NCBI GenBank assembly: GCA_002189035.1
Contig: CM007992.1
Span: 2,666,001-2,730,000, forward strand
Direction: 5' to 3'
From: Utricularia gibba
Lineage: Eukaryota; Plantae; Magnoliophyta
Length of the DNA stretch: 64,000 nt
Shown: positions 34,800 through 46,178 of the stretch, piece after piece
Layout: each line of letters opens with the position of its first letter
How positions within the stretch are numbered: position 1 is the stretch's first letter
Position numbers and translations under genes: made by a program
Notes under the pieces: model-generated
Told to the model about the DNA's origin: nothing
Database searches by the model: none
What the model saw: only the letters and a program-made list of their open reading frames with translations

Positions 34800-36819
34800 A
34801 TCTACTCATGCCTACGCTGCCGTGATGATGATGGACGGGTTGCATCATGTGGACCACTATATGGTGGTGGAAATGGGAATCTCCAATACCCATGTCGCCT
34901 CTCAGCACTAGACTGGCTCGATCCTGCATGGGGCATCATGAACTCCGGGTAAGGAGGCGGCCAAGGATATGACGGAGTCATAGCCAAGAGTAGTGGTCGC
35001 ACATAGGAAGAGGAGCCTCGCATGTTGATGGTCTACTCGTTGGTGCCACATATTGCTGAAACAACTCTCCATTGAAATCCTCGTATGCTTGGTCCATGTG
35101 GACCTGTGTAGGGTCATCATCACTAGGTAGCGGTGAGTGATGTGCCACGAGTGGCTGGCTCCATCCAAGCTGCTGGCTAAGACCCTCATATGCCCACGTT
35201 GCTTCTTGATCCCCAACACGAAATCTATCTAGCTGTGCGACCTGAAAACAAACAAGATATCAGAAATAAGTTTACACGATCTAACTCATATTTGCACGAA
35301 GGATTATTTTACCGCATAAGCTATCGGCTCTGCATCTCCACCTCAATATCCATCACCCTTCTCTCGTCTTCTTCCAAGATACAACAATGCGCGTGTCCCC
35401 AGACACTGTAGGGATGTCATGCATCTGGAGAATGTGAGTGTGCCTAGATGCCCACAAAGCTACACGTGCAGCATGCTCCAATGTCCAATTAGTATCGTAG
35501 GAGTCTCTGGTAAACTTATGTTCTACAGGATATCGATCTGGAGGGAGTGGAATAACAAGGCCACATCCAAATTGACGAGAAACTCGATCAGGGCAATGAG
35601 GCTCCACTCGAGATGCATATATCATCAGACCGGCATACTGCCAAAGCATACGATCACATTCAGGAACACACAGTAAATGTATATCCTCGTAAGGAGTCCA
35701 CTCAAATTGTCCAAGAAACAATGAAATGTGTGTCATGACAATATCCACGGTTCAACGAAAAATAAATTTATATGAAAACAATGTACCTCGTCATCCCCGC
35801 AAACCAAATCAAGTGTGTCACGGATTGGCTCTAACTTGTGGGAGACCACATTTGAGTGGTCGAGCCAACGTTCAAACCTCCAACCATATACGGAAGGTTT
35901 AAACCCCTCGCCCTCCCAATATACATCGTGTGAGAAATGACGCTTCAGTATAGGACGTAGAGATGAGATCCGAGTATATGCCCACAGATGCATAAAAAAC
36001 ATTATAATATGATAAATTTTAACGTATATAATACTAGTAGGAAAATCAAGAAATTGAACCTGAAGAAGACGATGAGCACCACCCATTGTAACTCACCTAA
36101 GCACACACAAATCAAGCTCGCGATATAAATTCGCTAGGACAACTGTCCCCCAACTAGTAGTCATCTAGCGATCTTGATCTGCCATCCAATCAAGGACACT
36201 TAACTTGGCACGGTTACTGGTGGCATCCTGGAAAAAAACCCCACAACAGACTAATAGTACCACCGCACAAGCAAAACGTACAACTTCCTCCTCAAAAGTC
36301 TCCGTTGTATACAAATGTATGTATCATCAATGTATATCTGAAGGCCAGTCATAATAAAATGTGAATCACCAACAATAAAAGTCTCCTCGAGCTCCCCTCC
36401 AAACTGTTTGACACATAGTTCACGCCATTGCTGTGTTGTGCGTTTTGTGCGAGTGCGAACCATCGGTATACCATCAATACGAAGACCCATAGCATAGAAA
36501 CATCTTGGAGAGTGATCGTGGCCTCTCCACATGGTAAGAAGAAGGTGTGCGTCTCTGGACGCCATCTCTCAACTAAAGCTGTGAGTAAATTGGGATCTGG
36601 TTTCATTCGTAATGTCTTAAGAACTCTATAAAAAACCCAATCATCGAGATATCTCGCAATCGTCTCCTCCCATGATTTGCATGCTAAGAATTTGTAGCTG
36701 TGTTTGAATTGCATCGTTTTACGGTTTGATCCCTGTAATAGATCATAAGTAATGTGTTGTTGCTGCATATCCAATAGGCTCGGATCCTCAGGACCATGAA
36801 CTCTTAAACGTGACGACAT
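34800..36819 (-). pseudogene. Plant Mobile Domain (PMD; MAIN/MAIL-like) gene inside the MULE, disrupted
   Basis: Motifs HGPEDPSLL, LLTALVERWRPETHTFFLPCGEATITLQDV, GLRIDG, QFEWTPYED and HCPDRVSRQFG, spread over several frames. Confidence 0.85.
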
Positions 36820-37849
36820 GTCAATCTACAAAAAAAACATTACATATTTGACAAGAAATGATATAATAAATTAAATATATTATTCAATAATAAAAAAATA
36901 ATAAAAACATATTATTCATAAAAAAAATCTTACGTCAATGTACAAAAAAATGTAAAACAAATTGATAAATATCATATATGTAATAAAAAAATCATGACAA
37001 ATTAATAAAGAAAATTATTATCAAACAATAAAAAAAATTAAATAACTAGATTGTTTTCTTGCAATCAACAAATTAAATTATCAAAACTTGCGAATATATA
37101 AAAAATTCATAGTCTTACCCTTATAATCAAAATGTTTTTTTATCACAATTTACACTTGTAGGATATGAACAACGCTCAGGGTATTTATAAGGAGAATGTA
37201 CTAATAGGACAAGTGAGCGTGCTTGGAGAATAGAAGGGGAGCATGGGCTCCTACCATTGAGAGTATCGAGGGGAATGGAAGGGGAGCGTGGGCTTCTGCT
37301 ATTGGGAGCAGCGAGGCGCCATCAATGATGTTGCTATGCTGCATGCACTTGGAGGTGCCATCAGTGATAGCGTTCTTTCACATACGGTTCCTAAAGCGCC
37401 ATTAATAATGGCGTTATAGACAAAGCGTCACTACTAGTGGCGCATAACATTATTAATATAATGATTTTAATAAAAAATATTATTTATATTGCTTTTTCCA
37501 GAATTTAAGAGGCTCTTCAAGAATCCGAAATCATTTGAATATATATCAAATCCTAATCCTAATGAGCTCAACAAAATAAAGCAAAAACGTGAACTTCGCA
37601 CACACACTATAGGTTTTTGGGGTCGGTTTGCACCTCCTACACATAGCATCTTTAAGTTTTTCGGTCTTCTGAAATGCCCTTTTTCATATCTACAATTATT
37701 ATCCATTTTTGGGATCAGGTCTCACTAATGGTGCTACTGTTGTCTTTTATGAAAATATTAGTTGTCTGGATCATTGTGTAACATTCCTCAATGGGCAAAG
37801 AGGCAGGTAGATGCTTATCCTTGAAAATATTATTTCATTGGGTGCATAG

Positions 37850-38222
37850 TGTTGGAGTGTGCTTACCCAATTGAGGATTCATGTCAAACACCCAAGGCAT
37901 CTGCTCTGCAAGCAACAAGGTGCCAGAATCCAATCGCTACCCCGCGAAGTCGAAGACCTGCTCTCTGCGGAATTTGGGGCTTATTGTGTTGGACAGGAAT
38001 TCAGTTCTGAAGCCCATAAACTGATTGTGCACACCGGACCAAGTACTCAAGCTCTCAGCCCAAAGTCAAGCTGTACATAAAGACAAGGCAACGACTACAA
38101 CTGAGACAACAACGGATCTATTTTTCAGCATAAATACCATGTGATCTGCTATAAACAGTATATTGCTTACTAGAAAATCTTCTATGCTCTCAAATTCCTT
38201 CAATATCTCCCAAATTCCTTCA
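37850..38222 (+). repeat. 5' LTR of the Copia element (373 bp)
   Basis: TGTTGGAGTG...AATTCCTTCA; direct repeat of 42735-43116. Confidence 0.95.
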
Positions 38223-41200
38223 TGGTGAACTCGACGTGAAGCTCAAACTCATACACAAAACCTTCTCTTATCTCTCAACAACAACTTCTTAGATCAGCAT
38301 GGAAAATGCCTTCTCCCAACCACCTCCAACATTTGATGATAACTCAGCTAAGTATCCCAACTGATCCAAGAAAATGGCGAATTATTTTCGCACCTGCAAA
38401 CTCTGGGAGGTATTTGATCCTTCGCTTCAAGGGGACCTCTCCAAAGACACAACAAACGATTCTTGGACCAACAAGGTCAACAGGGCTCAGTCCCTGCTAG
38501 ATCAAGCGGTTGTGGATGATGCCTACGATCTCATCAACAACTGCTCCTCTCCACTTGAAGCATGGAACATTCTGGCAGAAACCTACGGCAAGAATCAACA
38601 AACACTTGTGCTCGAGAAAGCATTAAAGTGGCAAGTATTCGAAAATCTCAAAAATGATACCTGGTCAGAGCATCTCCACCTTCTCCGACTATCTCACTAA
38701 AGTGGTCAATGACTTGAAACAACTGGGAGAATCCCCAGACGACAACAGAATTCGCATGAAGATCATCAGCATAGTTCCCACTCAGTTCGCCTCAACCATT
38801 AATGCCTCCATCTTTGATGGAAGCATCCACACCATGACGCTCAAACAAGTCCTGGAAGGGCTCAAAGGCGTGGAAATGAGGCAACTCAACTATGAGCAAC
38901 AAAACCCACACAAAACTACACTCAAAGCTCAAGAAACTACTCTACCACTCACAGCCAAACATTCTGACCGGCTACAAACCAAATCTCCCCCATCAACTCT
39001 GACAGACCCAACAATCAGAACACATGTCCCTTTTGCAAACAAAAAAACCAGTTACCTCAAGCATGCTGGTGGCATCCGGATGCCGTTTGTTCCTACTGCA
39101 AATTACTAGGCCACACTGATAAGGTTTGTCCACTGAAGAAGTACCACCTCCTTGGAGGTAAAACTGCAGTAAGCATGGAAAAGCTCAATGCAAAGATGAA
39201 AGATGTATCACTCTCAGAACCCTCTAATAAACCGGTAGTTGAACTTTACTCAGAGTGTCACGACACCTTGCTCACAACCTTCACTGACCTACGAAAGCAA
39301 GGAACCTAGCTAGTAGACAATGGGTGTAGTCATCACCTGACTAATGATCTGATGCTCTTCACCTCATTCTCATTCCTACACCACAAATATATTCAAATTG
39401 CAGATGGAAAATGTATACCTGTCACTGGTCAAGGGGCAGTCTGTATTGAGACATCACTGAAGCTTCTAAAACTCAGTGACATTTACTACGTCCCAAACGC
39501 TTCTCACAATCTATTAAGCAGTGGACAGTTAGTCAAGAAAGGTTTTCGAGTGCATTTCGAAAACAATCAATGTCTCATCAAAGATACAAATGATAGCATC
39601 ATCTTGAGCTCTCCTATGGTGAACCACATCTTTCCACTCTTCTCACCTGAGCACCTTGAACATCCTCAAATCTGCTTAACTACCACAGAGGAATCAGAGC
39701 TATGGCACAAAAGGTTAGGGCACTATCACTATCAAGCCATCAATACCTTATAGCCGCAAAACATGGCGACTGGTATCCCCTTCCTTGCTCATCGAAAGAA
39801 TCAGTGCAGCATCTACCTCCAATGCAAACCCTCCTAGAAACCTTTTCCCACCAAGACCTCGATAGCTGCAACAAAATTGTGTGGTTACCTCAGATGTCTG
39901 TGGTCCTATGCACATCACTTCCAATTGTGGTAACCGTTACTATGTTCTCTTTATCGACGAGTTCTCTAAGTACATTTGGGTCTACCTACTCAAACGGAAA
40001 TCTGAGGTCACACACTACTTTACGGTATTTAAAGCAATGGCAGAAGCCCAGAGTAATAGCAGAATACTTACCCTGAGATCAAATAACGGTGGCGAATGCT
40101 CCTCTGCCGAACTGAAAAACTCTCTGCGAGACAAATGGCCTAGTGCACCAATTTTCAGCCCCCTACACCCCACGGCAAAACGGTATCAGAGAACGAAAAA
40201 ACCGTACCATAATGGATATGCCTCGGTGCCTCCTACATGAGAAGAATATGCCACTGAGATTTTGGGGAGAAGCAATCCAAACCTCGGTATATCTCCTGAA
40301 CCGGCTTCCCACCAAAGGCACAATGGATAGGAAATTCCCTTATGAACTTTGATTCAACCAAACACCTGACCTAGCACATCTCAAAATATTTGGATCGATT
40401 TGTTATATTCTCAAACCCCAAGAACTACAAGCCAAGTTGGATAAAAAGTCAGATACAGGCATTTTTCTAGGGTATTCCAACACAAGCAAGGCTTACCATG
40501 TCCTGAACCTTAACACCAATAGAGTGGAGATCACCAGAGAGGTCGTGGTTGACGAAACCAAAAACTTCGATTGGTCTGCTCTGCCTGCTACTCCTGCAGT
40601 GGACAGCCCCACCCACCACTTTATTCAACCTGTTTCTTAACCACGAAGAAGATTCAGACCATAATTCACTCATCAATGGACCCTCAAATTCATCAGAATA
40701 CTCAACTGCTACTTGTTTAGGTACCGAACAAACCTCACCTGCACCTTCTGCACCAACCGCGAATAGCATAGTGATGTAGTCTCCTTCACATGACTCTCTC
40801 AGCAGACTGCCTTACTCCACTGCTACTCCCCCCGTGAGGAAATCAGCTCAGCACCCCCTATGTCTGATGTCCCTCCTCCCATGGATCTACACTCGGAGGA
40901 CATGCTACAACCCTCAAAATCAGACTCCGAAACTACGTCATTAACTCCCAGAGATCATCCCTCCAGCTCCTCCGAGAACCCTAGTGATCACGAGGAAGAT
41001 ATTTCAGGTGTTCCTACACCCTCCGGTGTTATCCCAAGACTGCTCAAGGCAGTCACTCAGGACTACTTGGACAGTATATCCCACGACTACGAGTCCGACA
41101 ATAATCTGCCTAACCACTTTCAAAGCTCCAACCCTGGTGACAATGAAGATTATTTTAGTGACTCCGACATACCCTAGTACCAAAATACAAACTGCTCTCA

Positions 41201-42734
41201 GATATTGTAAGTTACAACCACCTAACCCTTCATGGCCAAAGCACTGCAAATATCATGAAGTTACTTGAGTGGAAAAAATCAATGGATGAATTAGATTCCA
41301 TCCAAGCTCACGATGTATGGGAAGTCGTTGATAAACCTGCAGGAGCCAAAGTATTGAGTCTAAAATGGCTACACAAAGAAAAGCTCAATGCCGACGGGAC
41401 TCACAACAGATATAAATCCTGTATAGTGGCCAAGGGGTACCTGCAACAAGCCGGCATCGACTACAATGAGACCTTCGCCCCTGTAGCACGCCTCGACACC
41501 ATCAAGCTATTAGTCGCACTCTCAGCCTGCAACAATTGGAAATTGCACCATTTGGACATCAAATGTGGTGACCTACCAGAAGACATATACGTCTACCCTC
41601 CTCCAGGCTACGAAATCACAGAAGGCAAGCACAAAATCTTGAAACTCAAGAAAGCACTCTATGGCCTAAAACAGGCCCCTAAGGAGTTGTATTCAACTAT
41701 ACTTCATAAAACTAGGATATATCAGAAGTAAAAATGACACGACACTATATGTCTTGGAGAACTCCTCAGGGAAAGTGATTATATCATTATATCTTGACGA
41801 TATCTTAATCACTGGTAGCAACACTGACCTGATCGAAGAACAAAATTCACTATTGAAATCCCGCTTTAAGCTAATAGACTTGGGACTCACCAGATACTTC
41901 CTCGGGATTGAGATACTGTAGGGAGACAACTACATCTTCATGAACCAAAAGAAATACATCGATGACCTGCTGTGCAAGTACTCACTGCACGGAGAGAAAG
42001 GCAGCAAAGTTCCCTTCTCACCAGAGGGAAAACACAAACTCAAAAATGCTGACAGCAAATATCCAAACCCATCAGAATTTCAACGCCTCATAGGAGCCCG
42101 TCTATACCTCACTGCTACTCGTCATGATATAACCTTTGCAACCTCATATCTATCGAGATACATGCATTCACCTGGCAACCTACACATGGATATAGCTAAG
42201 CAAGTGCTCAAGTACCTGAAGACTTCTTTTACGCTCGGTCTGTATTTTAAAACCGGCACCAAACCCTCTCTGCTAGGCTTTGTGGACGCCGACTTCGCTA
42301 GAGATGAAGATAACTGCAGCTCCACTATCGGGTACCTGTTTACACTAGGATCTACCACATTTGCCTGGAATTGCAAAAAAACAAAGCACCGTGGCTCAAT
42401 TCTCTACCAAGGCAGAGTACATTGCCAGTGCTGCAGCTGCCAACCACGCCCAATGGTTGATAAAAATCTGCAAAGATTTGCGGCTCAACATCAACAAACC
42501 TGTAATCCTTAAAATCGACAACAAATCAGCCATAAGTAAAGCCCAAAATCCCGTGATGTTCGGGCGCACTAAATACATCAAAGTCAAATATCATGTCCTT
42601 CGTGAGTATGTGAAGGAAGGCACTATCAAACTGGAGCACATACCTTCTGAAAATCAAGTTGTAGGCATCCTTACGAAATGTCTCTTTCCTGCCAACTTCT
42701 GCAGATTGCATGAATTACTAGGGTTAAGGAGGAA

Positions 42735-43116
42735 TGTTGGAGTGTGCTTATCCAATTGAGGATTCAGGTCGAACACCCAAGGCATCTGCCTCTACAAGCA
42801 ACAAGGCGCAGAATCCAGTCGCTACCCCACGAAGTCAAAGACCTGATCTATGTGGAATTTGGGGCTTATTGTGCTGGACAGGAATTTAGTTCTGAAGCCC
42901 ATAAACTGATCGTGCACACCGGCCCAAGTACTCAAGCTCTTAGCCCAAAGTCAAGTTGTACATAAAGACAAGACAACGCCTATAATTGAGACAACAAGTG
43001 ATCTATTTTTCAGCATAAATACCATAAAGTCAAGTTGCACATAAATACCAAGACAACGGCATACTAGAAAATCTTCTATGCTCTCAAATTCCTTCAATAT
43101 CTCCCAAATTCCTTCA
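42735..43116 (+). repeat. 3' LTR of the Copia element (382 bp)
   Basis: Direct repeat of 37850-38222, with roughly one difference per 10 bases in the stretches compared by eye. Confidence 0.95.
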
Positions 43117-43237
43117 CATAGCACCTCCTCATTGGGGCATAAGGACCTTACATAGCATAGCGACTTTGACGCGATCAATTTTATGCTCAGAGCTATGCAC
43201 AATCTGTGATTACACTGCCTCTCGGTAACGACCTGTG

Positions 43238-45172
43238 ATGGCGCCACTCACAACCGCGTTGATTCCTGTCTCAGAAACTGGATGCGTGGATCTCAAGTCT
43301 GATGCTCGGCAACTCATTGCAACTGCTTTTTCGAAGAATCTCGCGTTTTCCTGTACTGGGTCTTCTTATTGGGAGCCTAAAAGGCGCAAGTGGTCCAATT
43401 TTGCTATCAAATATTCACCAGGGGCTCATGTTTCATTTGGTGATTTGATCGGTTTTTAGAGTTCTTTGGTGTCCCTGTCGTGTGTTTGGCTTCCCGCGTT
43501 ATCGTCATTGTGTTTCGCTTCTGTGCAGGAGTTGAATCTACTTCGGTTTATGATGTGCCGCTTCTTTCTTGTGAGCAGGTAATTTCATTTTTCTTCACTT
43601 TTGGATTTTGAATGGAATACGGAGAAACCAATCTGCTGTATGTGCATGTATAATAACTTGCCTGATTGGATCATAAGGCTTGGGGGTTGTACATCAATTG
43701 TGGGTTAGGCTCAAGGAGTTTTGGCTGTGAAATGTAGACTAGAAATTGGGGTGGAATATTCCAGTGTAGGTTGTATGCTGTAGCATCTTGTTACAACACA
43801 ATACCTTTTGTTTTGGTGAATGAAGTTGTTGCCCTTGGAAGCCATAATTTTAACAGTCGATGGTATTTTTGAATCATGGTAAATTTGTGTAAGTATACGC
43901 CCTTAATCATTAGTTATGCACGCATTAGCTTTTGGGCTTTATTCTTAATCTTCAGGCCATTGAAAGATTAAAAGCAGTACGTGAAAATTATGAGAGCAAG
44001 TACCAGTACTTGGCTATGTATTCAAGTGTTTTTGGGGGAATAACAACTGATCCATCAGCCATGGTTGTCCCCATGGATGACCACATGGTCCACAGAGGTC
44101 ATGGAGTCTTCGATACCGCTGCTATCTCCAATGGGTCAGTATATGAACGTTCCTGCACCTGTCTTCTAATAATAAACTTTGCAGTATGCTTCCTTGCTTA
44201 TGATCTGTTACTGGCTCAGTCATTTGACAAACGTGGTTTCTCGAATGCTTTTCTGTTGGTTGCTTTAAACTTATTTGGTTAATGTATCAAGAGAATGCTT
44301 ACCTTATTCTTTTATTCCAGTTATCTCTACGAATTGGATCAGCACCTCGACCGCTTTCTAACTTCAGCTGAAATGGCCAAAATAAAGCCCCCTTTGACAG
44401 ACAAACAATCAGAAAAATACTCATACAAACCGTAAGTGCCTCGAAGTGCCGAAATGGATCATTAAGATATTGGCTTTCTGCTGGAATTGGTGATTTCCAG
44501 CTATCTCCAGCCGGCTGCCACAGATCCTCTCTTTATGCTATAGTAATCCAAAGTAAGTCCACTTCCTCTGCCACGCAAAAGGGTGTCAAGGTGATAACTT
44601 CATCTATACCCTTGAAACCTCCCCAATTCGCCACCATGAAGAGTGTGAACTATCTCCCGAACGCACTCTCAATGATGGAGGCTGAAGAGAGTGATGCCTC
44701 CGCCGCAATTTGGTTAGACGAACATGGCTACATTGCCGAAGGGCCTAGTATGAATGTTGCATTTGTTACGAAGGAGAAGGAGCTGGTGATGCCGAAGTTC
44801 GACAAGATTCTGAGTGGCTGCACAGCCAAGAGAGTGTTAGTTCTCGCGGAGGCACTAGTGAAGGAGGGAAAACTTCAAGCAGTGAGAGTGCGGGATGTGA
44901 ATATGGAGGAAGGGAAGAATTGTGAGGAGATGATGCTCGTTGGCAGCGGAGTTCTTGTTCGTTCAGTTATTCAGTGGGACGATGAAGTCATTGGAAATGG
45001 TAAGATTTTCTTGTCCATTCAACAGTGATCATCCATTTGCTTCTGAGGTTCAGAAAGTATCACTTGCTTGACAGGGAAAGAAGGCTCCATTGCCTCTAGT
45101 CTTCTGAATCTTCTTCTGGGGGACATGCACTCCGGCCCGGAATCTGTACGAGTCCTTGTTCCATATGCTTAA
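43238..45172 (+). CDS. DAAT: Plastid D-amino-acid transaminase / aminodeoxychorismate-lyase-like class IV aminotransferase; exons 43238-43439, 43529-43578, 43956-44134, 44321-44999, 45075-45172; -1 frameshift at about 44388-44395 as written
   Basis: Motifs AMYSSVFGGITTDPSAMVVPMDDHMVHRGHGVFDTA, YLYELDQHLDRF, SLRYWLSAG, KSVNYLPNALSMMEA, IAEGPSMNVAF, KILSGCTAKRV and DMHSGPESVRVLVPY, with GT-AG introns. The exon 1 donor is the least certain. Confidence 0.92.
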
Positions 45173-45699
45173 GTTGTACCAGACAAATCTCAGGGCAAGT
45201 GACGTGCGTTGATCACTCACCTATCGTTCAAATCAGTAATATGCATTGGAATGTGTAACATTATTTTCTTTTTTTTAGAAACATTCTTTTTCTGCCAACA
45301 CTACAATTATTATTATTTTTTAATTTTCAGTTTAAATAGGAGGCATATGAAATGTACATGGGGAAATTGAATAAGTGATTCCAAGGGGTTAATTTAATGA
45401 CACAAATAGTTTCAAATCTCATTAACAAGATGACTCCAAACGTTTTACTTATTGTTAGATTTGATTGTACATAATTATTTGAAATTTTATATTTCATTAC
45501 TTTTTTGGAGATTTATAAAACAAGGATCATAAATTTGAGATTTCAAATAATTAGAATTTGGGAAAAGAAATGGAAGAGTAAATATTAGGATTCGAATAAT
45601 TCAGGTAGTATAAAATAGGTTTACCCTTTTTTAATATTATATTAGGATAATTTTATCCTCATTCTTCCAAATAATTATTCATCAATTGGCTCAAGTATT

Positions 45700-46172
45700 C
45701 AATGTTTGTAGTTCCTGATTCATAGAAATTCACTTTCAGGGCAATCTTGTCCCAAGGAAGACTACCTTTCCTTCTGGGATGAAGGTATTGCCTCATTATG
45801 TCCATACCAAGGGGCTTAGGCTTGGGATATATTCAGACGCAGGGTAATCTAAATTCGACTGTGTTTGATATCAGGCTTCAAACTAGATAGCTTCAGTTGT
45901 GCATTTGGAATCTCTCACGCAGAGTGTATGAAACTGATACTCCTTGATGAAGCTTACTGTTCTTGCTGCGTTTTCTCTTCCTTTGGCAGAACTTACACCT
46001 GCAGCAAGACAATGCCAGGCTCACTTGGTCATGAAGAACAAGATGCAAGCACCTTCGCATCGTGGGTAAGGATCCTTGTTTTGCAAATTCTGTTATCGAT
46101 TGCTGTATTGTAGTTCGTGGTTTGAAACCGGAATGTCATCCCTAGATTTGATTGCAAGAATATCCACCCACA
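45700..46172 (+). pseudogene. Orphan alpha-galactosidase fragment (two exons, 45740-45843 and 45990-46065, with flanking intron)
   Basis: Encodes [35 protein letters not shown] and [25 protein letters not shown]. It is a direct copy of about 49061-49488, including intron sequence. Confidence 0.9.
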
Positions 46173-46178
46173 AGGTGA

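Larger units (their letters stand above)
31776..37499. mobile_element. Mutator-like element (MULE), 5724 bp, carrying two convergent genes
   Basis: About 80-bp near-perfect TIRs starting GGAAAAAG(T/C)AATATAAATAATATT, and a perfect 9-bp TSD AGAATTTAA at 31767-31775 and 37500-37508. Confidence 0.96.
37850..43116 (+). mobile_element. Full-length Ty1/Copia LTR retrotransposon, coding region decayed
   Basis: LTRs 37850-38222 and 42735-43116 (TG...CA), perfect TSD CATAG (37845-37849, 43117-43121), TGG-starting degenerate PBS at 38223 and PPT AGGGTTAAGGAGGAA. Gag, integrase (SDVCGPM, LRSNNGGE, QNGIRERKNRTI), RT (YNETFAPVARLDTI, KALYGLKQAP) and RNase H (IDNKSAI..AQNPV...RTKYI) occur in Copia order with frameshifts. 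Confidence 0.96.

Noticed and set aside
40860-41177. Ser/Pro/Asp-rich 105-aa ORF inside the Copia element
   Set aside because: It lies in the variable integrase-RT linker of the polyprotein; there is no evidence of a captured host gene.
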